Shown piece after piece: positions 9,451-18,782 of a stretch of DNA of 63,041 bases (position 1 is the first letter of the stretch; each line of letters begins with the position of its first letter). Origin of the DNA: Pseudomonadota bacterium (GTDB lineage Bacteria; Pseudomonadota; Alphaproteobacteria; Rhizobiales; Devosiaceae); the NCBI GenBank assembly GCA_023437755.1, contig JAEZFJ010000097.1, forward strand, positions 1 through 63,041. Direction: 5' to 3'. A model generated the notes under the pieces. That model was not told the DNA's origin. It was given only the letters and a program-made list of their open reading frames with translations, and did not search any database. Both the position numbers and the translations under genes were made by a program.

Positions 9451-10562
9451 TGTGCCACGAACAAGACGCCCATCGGTTTCACCAGCGGGATCGGCTCACC
9501 ATGCGGCGTCAGTTTCCCCGAGTCTGCATCGACGCGGAACACCACTGCGTTGTCGCCTTCTTGATTGTTCACGAGCAACCAACGGTGGGAAGGATCGAAC
9601 GCGAAGTAACGCGGTGTCTTACCTTGTGAGCTCGCGTGCTCGATCAGCTTCAACTGTCCGCTCTTCGGATCGATACCGTAGATGGCAATGCTGTCGTGAC
9701 CGCGATTCGAGATATACAGGAAGCGGCCATTGCTGTGTACACCGATCTCCGCCGCGGTGTTCACACCTTCAAAGCCAGAGGGCAGCGTCGCAATGGTTTG
9801 CAGCTCGGTCAGCGCGCCCTTGTTTGCATCCCAAGAGAACGCGATGACCTCATTCGAGAGCTCCTGAACCGCATACATCCAGCGACCGTTTGGGTGCCAT
9901 GCCAAATGCCTCGGACCCGATCCGGGACGCACCTTCGCGAAAGGAGGATCGTTGGGTTCGAGCTTGCCCGTCGCGCTATCGAACCGATAGATCATGATTC
10001 GATCGGTGCCGAGGTCTGCGACGAGCGCGAATCCATTCGTAGGGTCCGCGCCGAACCAGTGTGCATAAGCTTTGGTTTGGCGCTGCGGATGCACGCTGCT
10101 CCCAGAGAGCTGTACGAACGCCGTGCGCTCCCCGAGGCTACCGTCCGCAGCAATCGCGTGTACCTCGACATATCCGCCGCCGTAGTTTGCGTTCAGCACG
10201 TATTTTTCGCTGCGATCGAGACTCACGTGGCTGGGGCCGCGACCGACGGATCGCACATGATTCAATAGCTTCAATTTCCGTGTGCGATCGATCTCAAACG
10301 CGCTGAGTCCCCCGGGAGTGCCCGTATTGCAGAGATACAGTTGGGTGCCCTTCGCATTCAGCACCATGAATGCGGGATCGGCCGTTGCAGTCGCGAGCGC
10401 GGGTGTAGAGAGCGCGCCCGTTTCGGAATCGAACGTCGAGTGCATGACGCCCGTGCCATCCGCGTTCTGCGTGCCAAAATAAACGTGTAGAGAAGAGGAA
10501 TGAGCCATGTTGCCAACGATCACTCCGACGATGGAAACGATGAACGGCCAGCTGCGGCGCAT
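9447..10562 (-). CDS. secreted 6-phosphogluconolactonase-like (Pgl/YbhE) beta-propeller lactonase
   Basis: ANYGGG; DLGTDRI; GSGPRHLAWHPNG; SNRGHDSIA; TPRYF. Start uncertain (10562 or 10592). Confidence 0.88.
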   Translation of the reverse strand: MRRSWPFIVSIVGVIVGNMAHSSSLHVYFGTQNADGTGVMHSTFDSETGALSTPALATATADPAFMVLNAKGTQLYLCNTGTPGGLSAFEIDRTRKLKLLNHVRSVGRGPSHVSLDRSEKYVLNANYGGGYVEVHAIAADGSLGERTAFVQLSGSSVHPQRQTKAYAHWFGADPTNGFALVADLGTDRIMIYRFDSATGKLEPNDPPFAKVRPGSGPRHLAWHPNGRWMYAVQELSNEVIAFSWDANKGALTELQTIATLPSGFEGVNTAAEIGVHSNGRFLYISNRGHDSIAIYGIDPKSGQLKLIEHASSQGKTPRYFAFDPSHRWLLVNNQEGDNAVVFRVDADSGKLTPHGEPIPLVKPMGVLFVAQ

Positions 10563-10668
10563 AAGGGTCACTCCTTGCGATGAGGCCGGCACTGTATCGA
10601 GAGGAAGATGGATAGGCCTTAATAAAGTGTCAAGACAGATGAAGTGTCAAGCCTGCTGAGGCGCGACT

Positions 10669-11421
10669 TTAGGAAGCTCGGCCTCTCAAAGTGAGTGCCA
10701 GATAGCCGATCAGCTCGTGCAGCGCCAACGAGCTGCTTGCGAGCGAGTGCGCGTTCGGCAGCTGTTCCGGAAAACTGAGCTTGCGCTGCGAAGCAAGAAT
10801 CACCGATGCCGGGATGGTCTCGACTCCTGCGGCTTGAAATTCCGCCATACTGCGCCGCTGATGAATGTCGTGGGTGACGAGCACGACGCGTTTGATTCCT
10901 GCGGTATGTAAGAGCTCCGCGGAATAGCGCGCGTTCTCGTGTGTATTGCGCGATCGATCCTCGAGCCACTTTACCTCAGTTTGGAAAGACTCCTGCAGTG
11001 CTCGGGCCATGAGATGCGCCTCAGGTTCGCCATGCCTGAACACGGCGCCGCCGGTGACCAGTACCGGCAAATGGAGATCGCGTGCGAGCATCGCACCGTA
11101 GCGCAGTCGCTGCAGTGTGGCGTACGAGACGGTTTCGCCTCCAAACTCGGGCGCCGCTCGCCGACCGCCGGCCAGGATCACGATCGCTTGTGCACCTGTC
11201 GCTTGCGCGCGATCGAAGGGCTCGACGCTCGAAGCGGCATTGAGAAGTGCGCTCGAAGTGATTGGCAAGCTGAGCGCAGTCAAGCAGAGTAGGGCGGTCC
11301 AGACGATCGTGGCACCGATGCGCGGCCATCGCCGACCCATGAGCAGCCCTGCGGCGATCAACATGACGAGGCATGCAGGTGGCAAGATGAGTGCAGCGAG
11401 CGTCTTCTGCAGAAAGAACAT
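10669..11421 (-). CDS. YdcF/ElyC (DUF218) family protein
   Basis: AIVILAGG; LVTGG; EDRSRNTHENA; LVTHDIHQRR; LHELIG. Confidence 0.88.
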   Translation of the reverse strand: MFFLQKTLAALILPPACLVMLIAAGLLMGRRWPRIGATIVWTALLCLTALSLPITSSALLNAASSVEPFDRAQATGAQAIVILAGGRRAAPEFGGETVSYATLQRLRYGAMLARDLHLPVLVTGGAVFRHGEPEAHLMARALQESFQTEVKWLEDRSRNTHENARYSAELLHTAGIKRVVLVTHDIHQRRSMAEFQAAGVETIPASVILASQRKLSFPEQLPNAHSLASSSLALHELIGYLALTLRGRAS

Positions 11422-11450
11422 GGCTGGAATGCTGCTGAAGTGAGGCGAGA

Positions 11451-11975
11451 GTGTCGAACCCAGGGCTCAAAGAACACGCGCGTGCGCTGTCACGCTACAA
11501 CACGTGGATGAATGATCGTCTGTTCGAAGTATGCTCGCAGCTGTCGGATGAGGAGCGCAAGCGTGACGTCGGTGCGTTCTTCAAATCGATTCATGGCACG
11601 CTCAATCACATCCTGCTCGCCGATCGGATTTGGATGGGGCGATTCGAAGGCAGCGCCTATGCGTTCACATCGCTGCGCGATGAGCTCTACGCGGATTTCC
11701 ACGAGCTGCGAGGAGCGCGGGTAGCCGAGGACGAGCGAATCTCGCGCTGGGTCGAAGCCCTGACGGACGAGGCGCTGGGCCGTGAGCTCGCGTATGTGAG
11801 TGCGGTGAATCCCCAGCCGCGGCGTTATCCGCTGTGGTTCGCGGTAAGCCATTTTTTCAATCATCAGACGCATCATCGTGGTCAAGTCACGACTCTGCTG
11901 AGCCAGCGCGGCCTAGACCCAGGCGTGACCGACTTGATCTGGATGCCTGGATACCAGCGCGAAGAGCGGCTCTAG
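11451..11975 (+). CDS. DinB family protein
   Basis: YNTWMN; FFKSIHGTLNHIL; HFFNHQTHHRGQ. Confidence 0.92.
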   Translation: MSNPGLKEHARALSRYNTWMNDRLFEVCSQLSDEERKRDVGAFFKSIHGTLNHILLADRIWMGRFEGSAYAFTSLRDELYADFHELRGARVAEDERISRWVEALTDEALGRELAYVSAVNPQPRRYPLWFAVSHFFNHQTHHRGQVTTLLSQRGLDPGVTDLIWMPGYQREERL

Positions 11976-12185
11976 GCTCTAGGCTCTGGCTGTAGGCCGT
12001 AGGCTGTAGCCAGAGATGAAGATGCTCGTGTTCTAGTACAGCCAATCCAATAGCCCCATACGTACCTACGACTCTGCACGACGAGCGCCACGGTTCCCCT
12101 CTATTTACCGCGGTTGCAACGCCGCGCATCATCGGCTGAGGTGCTCGAGCGACGAGCTGTCCTTTGTTCCCGGGCGGTGATCCTG

Positions 12186-13562
12186 ATGCACGCGTTATTG
12201 GTTCCAGTCGTTCTGCTGTTCGCTTTGGCCTCTTCGAGCTTCGCTGCGGAAGAGCAGGTCGAGAAGCGTGGGACTGCAACTCGTTCAGCCGTCATGATCG
12301 AGATTCGCGATGCGATCGGGCCAGCGACCAGCGACTTCTTTGTGCGCTCGCTTGCAGACGCTAAGTCGCGCGGCGCCCCGCTCTTCATCGTCCAGCTCGA
12401 TACGCCCGGCGGACTGGACTCGGCAATGCGAGACATGATCAAAGCGATCATCGCATCGCCGGTCCCTGTCGTGATTTATGTCGCTCCATCCGGTGCGCGC
12501 GCTGCGAGTGCGGGCACGTATCTGCTCTATGCCAGTCATGTGGCTGCGATGGCGCCGGCGACGAATCTCGGCGCGGCGACTCCGGTGCAGATCGGCGGAG
12601 CGCCAGCTCCGAGCCCTCAACCCAAGAAGAAGGATCAGGAAGACGCCGAGGAACCTGCGGAAGCTGAAGAGCCGGGTACGGCGATGGAGCGCAAGGCAGT
12701 GAATGATTCGATTGCTTACATCCGTGGGCTCGCCGAGCTTCGCGGACGCAACGCAGAGTGGGGCGAGAGCGCGGTGAGGACAGCTGCAAGCCTGTCGGCG
12801 CGTGCCGCGTTGGCGCAGAACGTCATCGACGTCGTGGCGCGGGATCTGGACGATCTGCTGAAGCAGATCGACGGCCGCACAGTGAACGTGAGCACCGGCG
12901 AGATCAAGCTCGCGACAACGGCACTCGCGATCGAGCGCATCGAGATCGACTGGCGCACACAATTGCTCGCAGTGATCACGAATCCGAATGTTGCCTATCT
13001 GCTGATGCTGATCGGGGTCTACGGCTTGCTGCTCGAGGGCTACAACCCGGGCGCAATATTGCCGGGTGTCGTTGGCGGTATTTCTCTGCTGCTAGCGCTG
13101 TATGCCTTCCAAGTGCTCTCGGTGAACTACGCCGGGCTCGCGCTCATGGTCCTCGGCATTGCCTTGATCGTTGCCGAAGCATTCGCACCGAGTTTCGGTG
13201 CGTTAGGCTTGGGCGGCATCATCGCGTTCGTGATCGGCTCGGTCATTTTGATGGACTCCGAGGTGCCGGGCTTTCAGATTGCACGCTCGCTGATCGGCGG
13301 CATCGCGGCCGCAGGCGGCGTCGTGATGCTGTTCATGGTCAGCTACTTCGCGCGTTCGCGGCGCCGGCCCGTGGCGACCGGTGTGGAACAACTCATGGCG
13401 CAACGCGTCGTTGCAATGACTGACTTCGAGCACGATGGGTTGGTGCGGTTGCATGGCGAGATCTGGAATGCCGTGACGAGCACCCCGGTAAGAGAAGGTC
13501 AGACATTGCGCGTCACGGCGGTGGATGGCTTGGTATTGCATGTGGAGCCTGAAGTGCCGTGA
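12186..13562 (+). CDS. nfeD: NfeD membrane-bound serine protease (long form)
   Basis: LDTPGG; ARAASAG; NLGAATPV; TM block; C-terminal GEIWNA OB-fold. Confidence 0.92.
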   Translation: MHALLVPVVLLFALASSSFAAEEQVEKRGTATRSAVMIEIRDAIGPATSDFFVRSLADAKSRGAPLFIVQLDTPGGLDSAMRDMIKAIIASPVPVVIYVAPSGARAASAGTYLLYASHVAAMAPATNLGAATPVQIGGAPAPSPQPKKKDQEDAEEPAEAEEPGTAMERKAVNDSIAYIRGLAELRGRNAEWGESAVRTAASLSARAALAQNVIDVVARDLDDLLKQIDGRTVNVSTGEIKLATTALAIERIEIDWRTQLLAVITNPNVAYLLMLIGVYGLLLEGYNPGAILPGVVGGISLLLALYAFQVLSVNYAGLALMVLGIALIVAEAFAPSFGALGLGGIIAFVIGSVILMDSEVPGFQIARSLIGGIAAAGGVVMLFMVSYFARSRRRPVATGVEQLMAQRVVAMTDFEHDGLVRLHGEIWNAVTSTPVREGQTLRVTAVDGLVLHVEPEVP

Positions 13563-13600
13563 GCTCGACCTTGGCTGTGAGCAAGGTCGGTCCTGACCTG

Positions 13601-13636
13601 CATCACTGTCATCACGCTCATCACTTCCATCACTTG
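13601..13636 (+). repeat. 4 x 9-nt CATCAC-NNN tandem repeat
   Basis: catcactgt catcacgct catcacttc catcacttg, between nfeD and the stomatin gene. Confidence 0.6.
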
Positions 13637-13650
13637 TTGGAGAGCTCGCT

Positions 13651-14400
13651 ATGTATCTGATCGTCGCGGCCGTCATTCTGATCTTCATTCTGCTCTCGGC
13701 AATTCGGATCATGAACGAATACGAGCGCGGAGTGACGTTCACGCTAGGTCGATACACCGGCACGAAGGGACCTGGGCTCATCTTCGTGATTCCTTTCATC
13801 CAGCGCATCGTCAAGGTCGACTTGCGTACGATCGTGCTCGACGTGCCTACGCAGGATGTGATCTCGCGCGACAACGTCTCCGTGAAGGTCAACGCGGTCG
13901 TCTACTTTCGAGTCGTCGATCCATCGCGGGCAATCATTCAGGTGGCGAGCCCGTTCGAGGCGACCAGTCAGCTCGCGCAGACGACGCTGCGTTCCGTGCT
14001 CGGTCAACACGAGCTCGATGAGATGCTCTCGCAGCGAGACAAACTCAATGTGGACATCCAGCGTATCCTGGATCAAGCAACGGACGCGTGGGGCATCAAG
14101 GTGGCCAATGTCGAGATCAAGCACGTGGATCTCGATGATACGATGATTCGCGCGATGGCGAAGCAGGCAGAAGCCGAACGCACGCGACGAGCGAAAGTCA
14201 TACATGCCGAGGGCGAAAAGCAGGCAGCGACGATGCTCGTGGAAGCGGCTCAGGCACTGAGCGCCGACCCGCGCGCAATGCAACTGCGCTACTTACAAAC
14301 CCTGTCGGACATCTCCTCCGAAAAGACCTCGACGATCGTCTTCCCGTTGCCGCTCGATCTCATCGAACCGTTACTCCACGGAGATCGCCGCGTAGGTTGA
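13651..14400 (+). CDS. stomatin-like (slipin, SPFH) protein
   Basis: [44 protein letters not shown]; canonical NfeD partner. Confidence 0.95.
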   Translation: MYLIVAAVILIFILLSAIRIMNEYERGVTFTLGRYTGTKGPGLIFVIPFIQRIVKVDLRTIVLDVPTQDVISRDNVSVKVNAVVYFRVVDPSRAIIQVASPFEATSQLAQTTLRSVLGQHELDEMLSQRDKLNVDIQRILDQATDAWGIKVANVEIKHVDLDDTMIRAMAKQAEAERTRRAKVIHAEGEKQAATMLVEAAQALSADPRAMQLRYLQTLSDISSEKTSTIVFPLPLDLIEPLLHGDRRVG

Positions 14401-14419
14401 TGCGATGGTGAAGGAATAG

Positions 14420-14560
14420 GAGCAACCACAAAGAACACAAAGAACCCAAAGAACACAAAGGGGTTGGAGAACTGACGCCGCGAAACGGGTGGATCGGGGC
14501 CAGTCGATAGTGCAAAGCCATTTGCTTTTTGTGACCTTTGTGTTCTTTGTGGTTGCTCCT
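14420..14560. repeat. inverted 9-mer repeat arms enclosing a ~70-nt spacer
   Basis: ggagcaaccacaaagaacacaaag... and ...ctttgtgttctttgtggttgctcc. Confidence 0.7.
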
Positions 14561-14639
14561 CTGCTTCTATGACGAGTGCCGAACTCATCCCCAAGCTCAG
14601 GAGTTAGCACAGGGAAGTCTGTGAAGCTTGGAGTGGCTC

Positions 14640-15251
14640 ATGCGCCGAAATATCGTGTTCGAGAGAGGTCGTCAGTTCAGGGTGGACGACAACCAAGTGC
14701 AGGATCTACAGCTCGAGCCCGGTCGCGGTGCCGCGATCGGCGAGTATTCGTATCCGGAATCGAGCGAGTACAGCGATTCTTACTATGGGCCGGGTCGACA
14801 GCCGCGCGCCGACTATCCGGGTCATCAGCGCGATCGCATCGTGGGCGGTGTCACGCAACGGATACCGCACGCACGTTCGATGAATCACATCAGTGAGAAT
14901 CGCTTCAGCTCGGGCGAGCTGCGCGAAGGCGAGCGTAGTTGGGCGGATCTTGGTGTCTCGAGTGTCGGCCCCGGTCAATCCGGTGTCACCGAGCGGGACG
15001 GTCCGCATCGGGGCCGCGGACCGAAGGGTTACCGCCGTTCCGATGAACGTCTCAAAGAGCTCATTTGCGAGCATCTCGCGGACGATCCACATGTCGATGC
15101 GAGCGATCTGGAAGTCGAGGTCGCGAACGGCGAAGTCACGCTCTCTGGTACTGTGAACGATCGACGCATGAAATGGCGCGCTGAAGATCTCGCCGAAGCG
15201 TGCAGCCGCGGCGGGGAGATTCACAACCGCATTCGTGTGCGACGCGACTAG
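14640..15251 (+). CDS. BON domain protein
   Basis: HRGRGPKGYRRSDERL; VANGEVTLSGTV; NRIRV; GGAG before ATG14640. Confidence 0.88.
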   Translation: MRRNIVFERGRQFRVDDNQVQDLQLEPGRGAAIGEYSYPESSEYSDSYYGPGRQPRADYPGHQRDRIVGGVTQRIPHARSMNHISENRFSSGELREGERSWADLGVSSVGPGQSGVTERDGPHRGRGPKGYRRSDERLKELICEHLADDPHVDASDLEVEVANGEVTLSGTVNDRRMKWRAEDLAEACSRGGEIHNRIRVRRD

Positions 15252-18034
15252 CGCGAGCCGCTGAGGCGAGCGGTTCGCGCTATATTCGCAGCTGCTGCGC
15301 GCCCGAAACGGTGCGCAATCTCTTCCGCCGACACGGCGCGCGAGAAATAGAAACCTTGCGCGATACTGCAACCGTTGCGCAGCAGGAACTCCACCTGCTC
15401 AGCGCATTCGACACCTTCGGCGATCGGCGTCACGTTCAATGCCTTACTCATCGCGATGATCGCCTCGCACAATGCGGCGGAGCCGGATTCGCTCGGCGGC
15501 GGCAGGAATGAACGGTCGATCTTGAGTGCATCGATGGGCAACAGGCGCAGGTAGCTCAACGAAGAGTAGCCGGTGCCGAAGTCGTCGATCGCGACCAACA
15601 CGCCCATCTCGTGCAGTTCTCCGAGGACGGATGTGAGATAGGCAAGGTCGGTCGCAAGCACCGATTCGGTGATTTCGATTTCGAGCACGCCGCGCGGAAT
15701 ACCGGCACGCTCGATGATCTCGCGAATGCTCTGCGTGAATCCGGGGGTCTGCAGTTGGCGAACGGACACGTTGTACGCGAGCCGCTGCATATCGAGCCCG
15801 ACCTCGAGCCACCGATTGTATTGAGCGCAGACCTCGCGCAGCACGCGATCGCCAATCGCGATGATCAGTCCCGAATCTTCCGCGACGCGGATGAACCGAT
15901 CCGGTGGCACCATTCCGTACCGCGGATGCTGCCAGCGGCTCAACGCTTCGACGCCGATGATCTCGCCCGTGCGCAGGTCGATGCGCGGCTGATAGACGAC
16001 CGAAAGCTCATCGCGCGCGAGCGCCTGACGCAGCTCGCTTTCGAGCTCGACGCGCTCCATCGCTTCGCGGTTCATCGCTTCTTCGTAGTAAGCGAAGCGT
16101 CCCGAGCCGGCCGACTTTGCGCGGTACATCGCGACATCCGCGTTACGCAACAGAACATCCGTCGTCACGCCATCCTGCGGATACACGGCAATGCCGATCG
16201 ACGCGGACACGAAGTGCTCGATGTCCCCGAGGAGCACGGGCCGGGTGAGCGCGGCCAACACCGCCTGCGCGGCGTTCGCTGCGTCACCTGCCGATTCGAC
16301 GTCGGCTGTGATGATCGTGAACTCATCGCCCCCCAGGCGGGCAATCGTATCCATCGTGGGAAGCTCTTCAGTGAGACGAGCCGCCACGCTTTTCAACAGC
16401 TCATCGCCCGAGGTGTGGCCGAAGGAATCGTTGATGATCTTGAAGCGGTCCAAGTCGATGAAGAGCAGCGCGAAGCGTGAGCGCGCGCGTTGGCAATGAG
16501 CGATGCGTTGCGCGAGCCGGTCTTTAAAAAGCACGCGATTCGGCAACCCCGTGAGCGCGTCGTAGTGCGCCTGGCGGACGAGCGCATGTTGGCGGTCCGC
16601 ATTGCTGATCGCAACGGCCATGCGCTCGGAAAGACCGATCGCCACATCGAGGGCCGCACGCGGCGGTGCTTGCGATGTTGCGCACGCGAGCACGATCGCA
16701 CCTTGAACCGCTTTGTCGGTTCGGATCGGGAGAACGCCGAAGTAGCGATCGTGCTGCCATTCGGTCATGAGCTCTTGCACCATGGCATACGCATGATGGC
16801 CCGCACCGACGTTCAGCAAGTTTGCGCTCGAATCCAGCAATGCCCGCATGGCGCTGCCAATCTGTACGCGTGCCTTGTACGTCACCAGCTCTTCTGAGCT
16901 GCGCGCCACGTGCATGCGTGCGATGTCTGAGCAGTCCTCATCGAAGATGAGCACGGCGCATTGGTCGCAAGGAAGCATGCTACGTGCATGTCGCAGAACG
17001 GTGTAGATGATCTCCTCGAGATCCGCCGAGCGTAGGATGTGTCGATCGAGCTCAGACAACACCGCCAGCGTTTCGAAGTTGCGGCCGATCTGCTCGGTCA
17101 TGCCGTTGAACGCATCCGCAAGGCCGCGCATCTCTTCATCCCCTATCGGCAGCACCCGGCCCGCATAATCACCTCGGGCGATTCGGTGAGTTGCATCGGT
17201 CAGTGCTTCGAGCGGGCGATGCGTGCGGCGAATCGAGACCGAGGCGAACAAGATCAATCCGCCGATCAGAGGCACGAGGGTGAAGAGCAGGTTGCGTTTG
17301 TAGCGCCGGAACTCGAGCTTGATCTCGGAATGCGGCTCGATGAAATCGATCAGCCACTTGCCGCCCGTGAAGCGCTGCTGCAGGAACAGCTCCCAGTGTG
17401 CTCTATCTCCATCCTCCAGAGTCGCTTGTTGTCCTGCACTGCCGCTCTCGGGAAGCGACGCGAACAGAACTTTGCCGTCACCGTCGCTGACGCGAACGTA
17501 GAGCTCGGCCGGCAGGGCCGCGGGCTGCCAAAGGTACTCATGCTTCAGAATCCCTACGCGCCATCCACCGCTTGAATCGGCCACCATCAGAGCCACAGCG
17601 TTGGTGCCGTTTTCGTCTCGGATGACACGCAGCAGCGCATCGCCCGGTTGCGCGGCTGCTGCAAAGTCGAGCGCGTTCATGGCAACCCCGCTCGGGGAGA
17701 GCACTTGCACTGACCGAAAATACGGTGTGAGTGTCGCGAGAAGCTCGTTATCGCGCTTGTCGGCGCGCTGGGATTCGGTCGCAAGTTGCTCCGCGCTCGC
17801 CGCACTCAAGGCAGTGGCTGCGAGCTCCAGCCGTTGGAACAGGCTCAATCCGTACTTTTTTGCCTCGAGCGTGAGCGATTGGTGCGCTTTAGAATCGATG
17901 TAGGCGTCCGTGTGCCCGACGATGAACCACGTCGCGACGACGATCGGGATCAATGCCGCGAGCACCAGCAACACGAAGGTACGCCGTGCAAGCCGGCCCT
18001 TCATGATCGAGGAATTCGGCCGCCACTCGAGCAT
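15248..18034 (-). CDS. membrane sensor HAMP-GAF-GGDEF-EAL diguanylate cyclase/phosphodiesterase
   Basis: Two TMs around a periplasmic domain; HAMP (PLEAL...DEEMRGLADAFNGM); YDALTGLPNR; GGDEF; VEAL; EITE; DDFGTGYSSL; EGVE; QG. Confidence 0.95.
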   Translation of the reverse strand: MLEWRPNSSIMKGRLARRTFVLLVLAALIPIVVATWFIVGHTDAYIDSKAHQSLTLEAKKYGLSLFQRLELAATALSAASAEQLATESQRADKRDNELLATLTPYFRSVQVLSPSGVAMNALDFAAAAQPGDALLRVIRDENGTNAVALMVADSSGGWRVGILKHEYLWQPAALPAELYVRVSDGDGKVLFASLPESGSAGQQATLEDGDRAHWELFLQQRFTGGKWLIDFIEPHSEIKLEFRRYKRNLLFTLVPLIGGLILFASVSIRRTHRPLEALTDATHRIARGDYAGRVLPIGDEEMRGLADAFNGMTEQIGRNFETLAVLSELDRHILRSADLEEIIYTVLRHARSMLPCDQCAVLIFDEDCSDIARMHVARSSEELVTYKARVQIGSAMRALLDSSANLLNVGAGHHAYAMVQELMTEWQHDRYFGVLPIRTDKAVQGAIVLACATSQAPPRAALDVAIGLSERMAVAISNADRQHALVRQAHYDALTGLPNRVLFKDRLAQRIAHCQRARSRFALLFIDLDRFKIINDSFGHTSGDELLKSVAARLTEELPTMDTIARLGGDEFTIITADVESAGDAANAAQAVLAALTRPVLLGDIEHFVSASIGIAVYPQDGVTTDVLLRNADVAMYRAKSAGSGRFAYYEEAMNREAMERVELESELRQALARDELSVVYQPRIDLRTGEIIGVEALSRWQHPRYGMVPPDRFIRVAEDSGLIIAIGDRVLREVCAQYNRWLEVGLDMQRLAYNVSVRQLQTPGFTQSIREIIERAGIPRGVLEIEITESVLATDLAYLTSVLGELHEMGVLVAIDDFGTGYSSLSYLRLLPIDALKIDRSFLPPPSESGSAALCEAIIAMSKALNVTPIAEGVECAEQVEFLLRNGCSIAQGFYFSRAVSAEEIAHRFGRAAAANIARTARLSGSR

Positions 18035-18036
18035 TC

Positions 18037-18501
18037 TCAATACTCGGACGCCGGGCCGATGAACGCTCCGTCATTCGCCATGATGATGTCATCGCGGCTC
18101 GCCTTCGCAGTCAGCGGAGCGACGCTCTTACCGTCTGGTCCACTGCTATAGAGGTCATAGCTCGAGTTCAGTGGCACTAGGTTGTGGTCCTTTCGCACTG
18201 GGCCTTTGGACTTGCCAGGGATCGTGTCGAAGTTCAGGTAGGCGTAGGGCGTGCCCCATGGATCCTCGAGCGCCATTCCGATTTCCGCGAGTGTCAGAGG
18301 CAACGCATTGTTGTTGTTCTGGCGGAAGCGCTCGACCGCGGCGTGAATCTTCGCGATGTCCACGATCGCCTGCTTGACCTTCATACCGTCGAGCACTTTC
18401 GAGTAGGAGCTGTACCCCACAGTAACCAGGACACTGAAGACGCTGAGCGCCGCGAGAAGCTCGAGCAGTGTCCAGCCATTTGCTTTCTGTCGTCGATACA
18501 T
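18037..18501 (-). CDS. prepilin/GspG-like pseudopilin
   Basis: Class III signal RRQKANG|WTLLELL with E+5 and hydrophobic helix; DPWGTPY; YDLYSSGPDG; DDI. Confidence 0.9.
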   Translation of the reverse strand: MYRRQKANGWTLLELLAALSVFSVLVTVGYSSYSKVLDGMKVKQAIVDIAKIHAAVERFRQNNNNALPLTLAEIGMALEDPWGTPYAYLNFDTIPGKSKGPVRKDHNLVPLNSSYDLYSSGPDGKSVAPLTAKASRDDIIMANDGAFIGPASEY

Positions 18502-18719
18502 GATGAGCCAGGGATCGCGATGGAGCCCCGACGGCGCCCTTCAACGTGGATCTTGAAGCGCGATCGTAGGAAGACGAGTTGCGTCGCGCGCCCCAACGGA
18601 TCACAACGCGCGCACGCCTTATGAACGATCGCTCAAAGTGTGAAGCAGCTCTCGCGAATCCTCTCTCTCGGAGCAGCCTTCTGCGTTGCGCTCTCGCCCT
18701 AGCGCTCGGGTGACGAAGA

Positions 18720-18748
18720 AGCCCTCCCCAGCTTCGCAGGGGAGGGCT
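18720..18748 (-). terminator. GC hairpin downstream of the TonB receptor (REP-like or terminator)
   Basis: agccctcccc-agcttcgca-ggggagggct, followed by TCTTC on the minus strand. Confidence 0.4.
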
Positions 18749-18782
18749 GAAAAGCAAGAGCGCAAGCGCCTCTGACTTCCCC

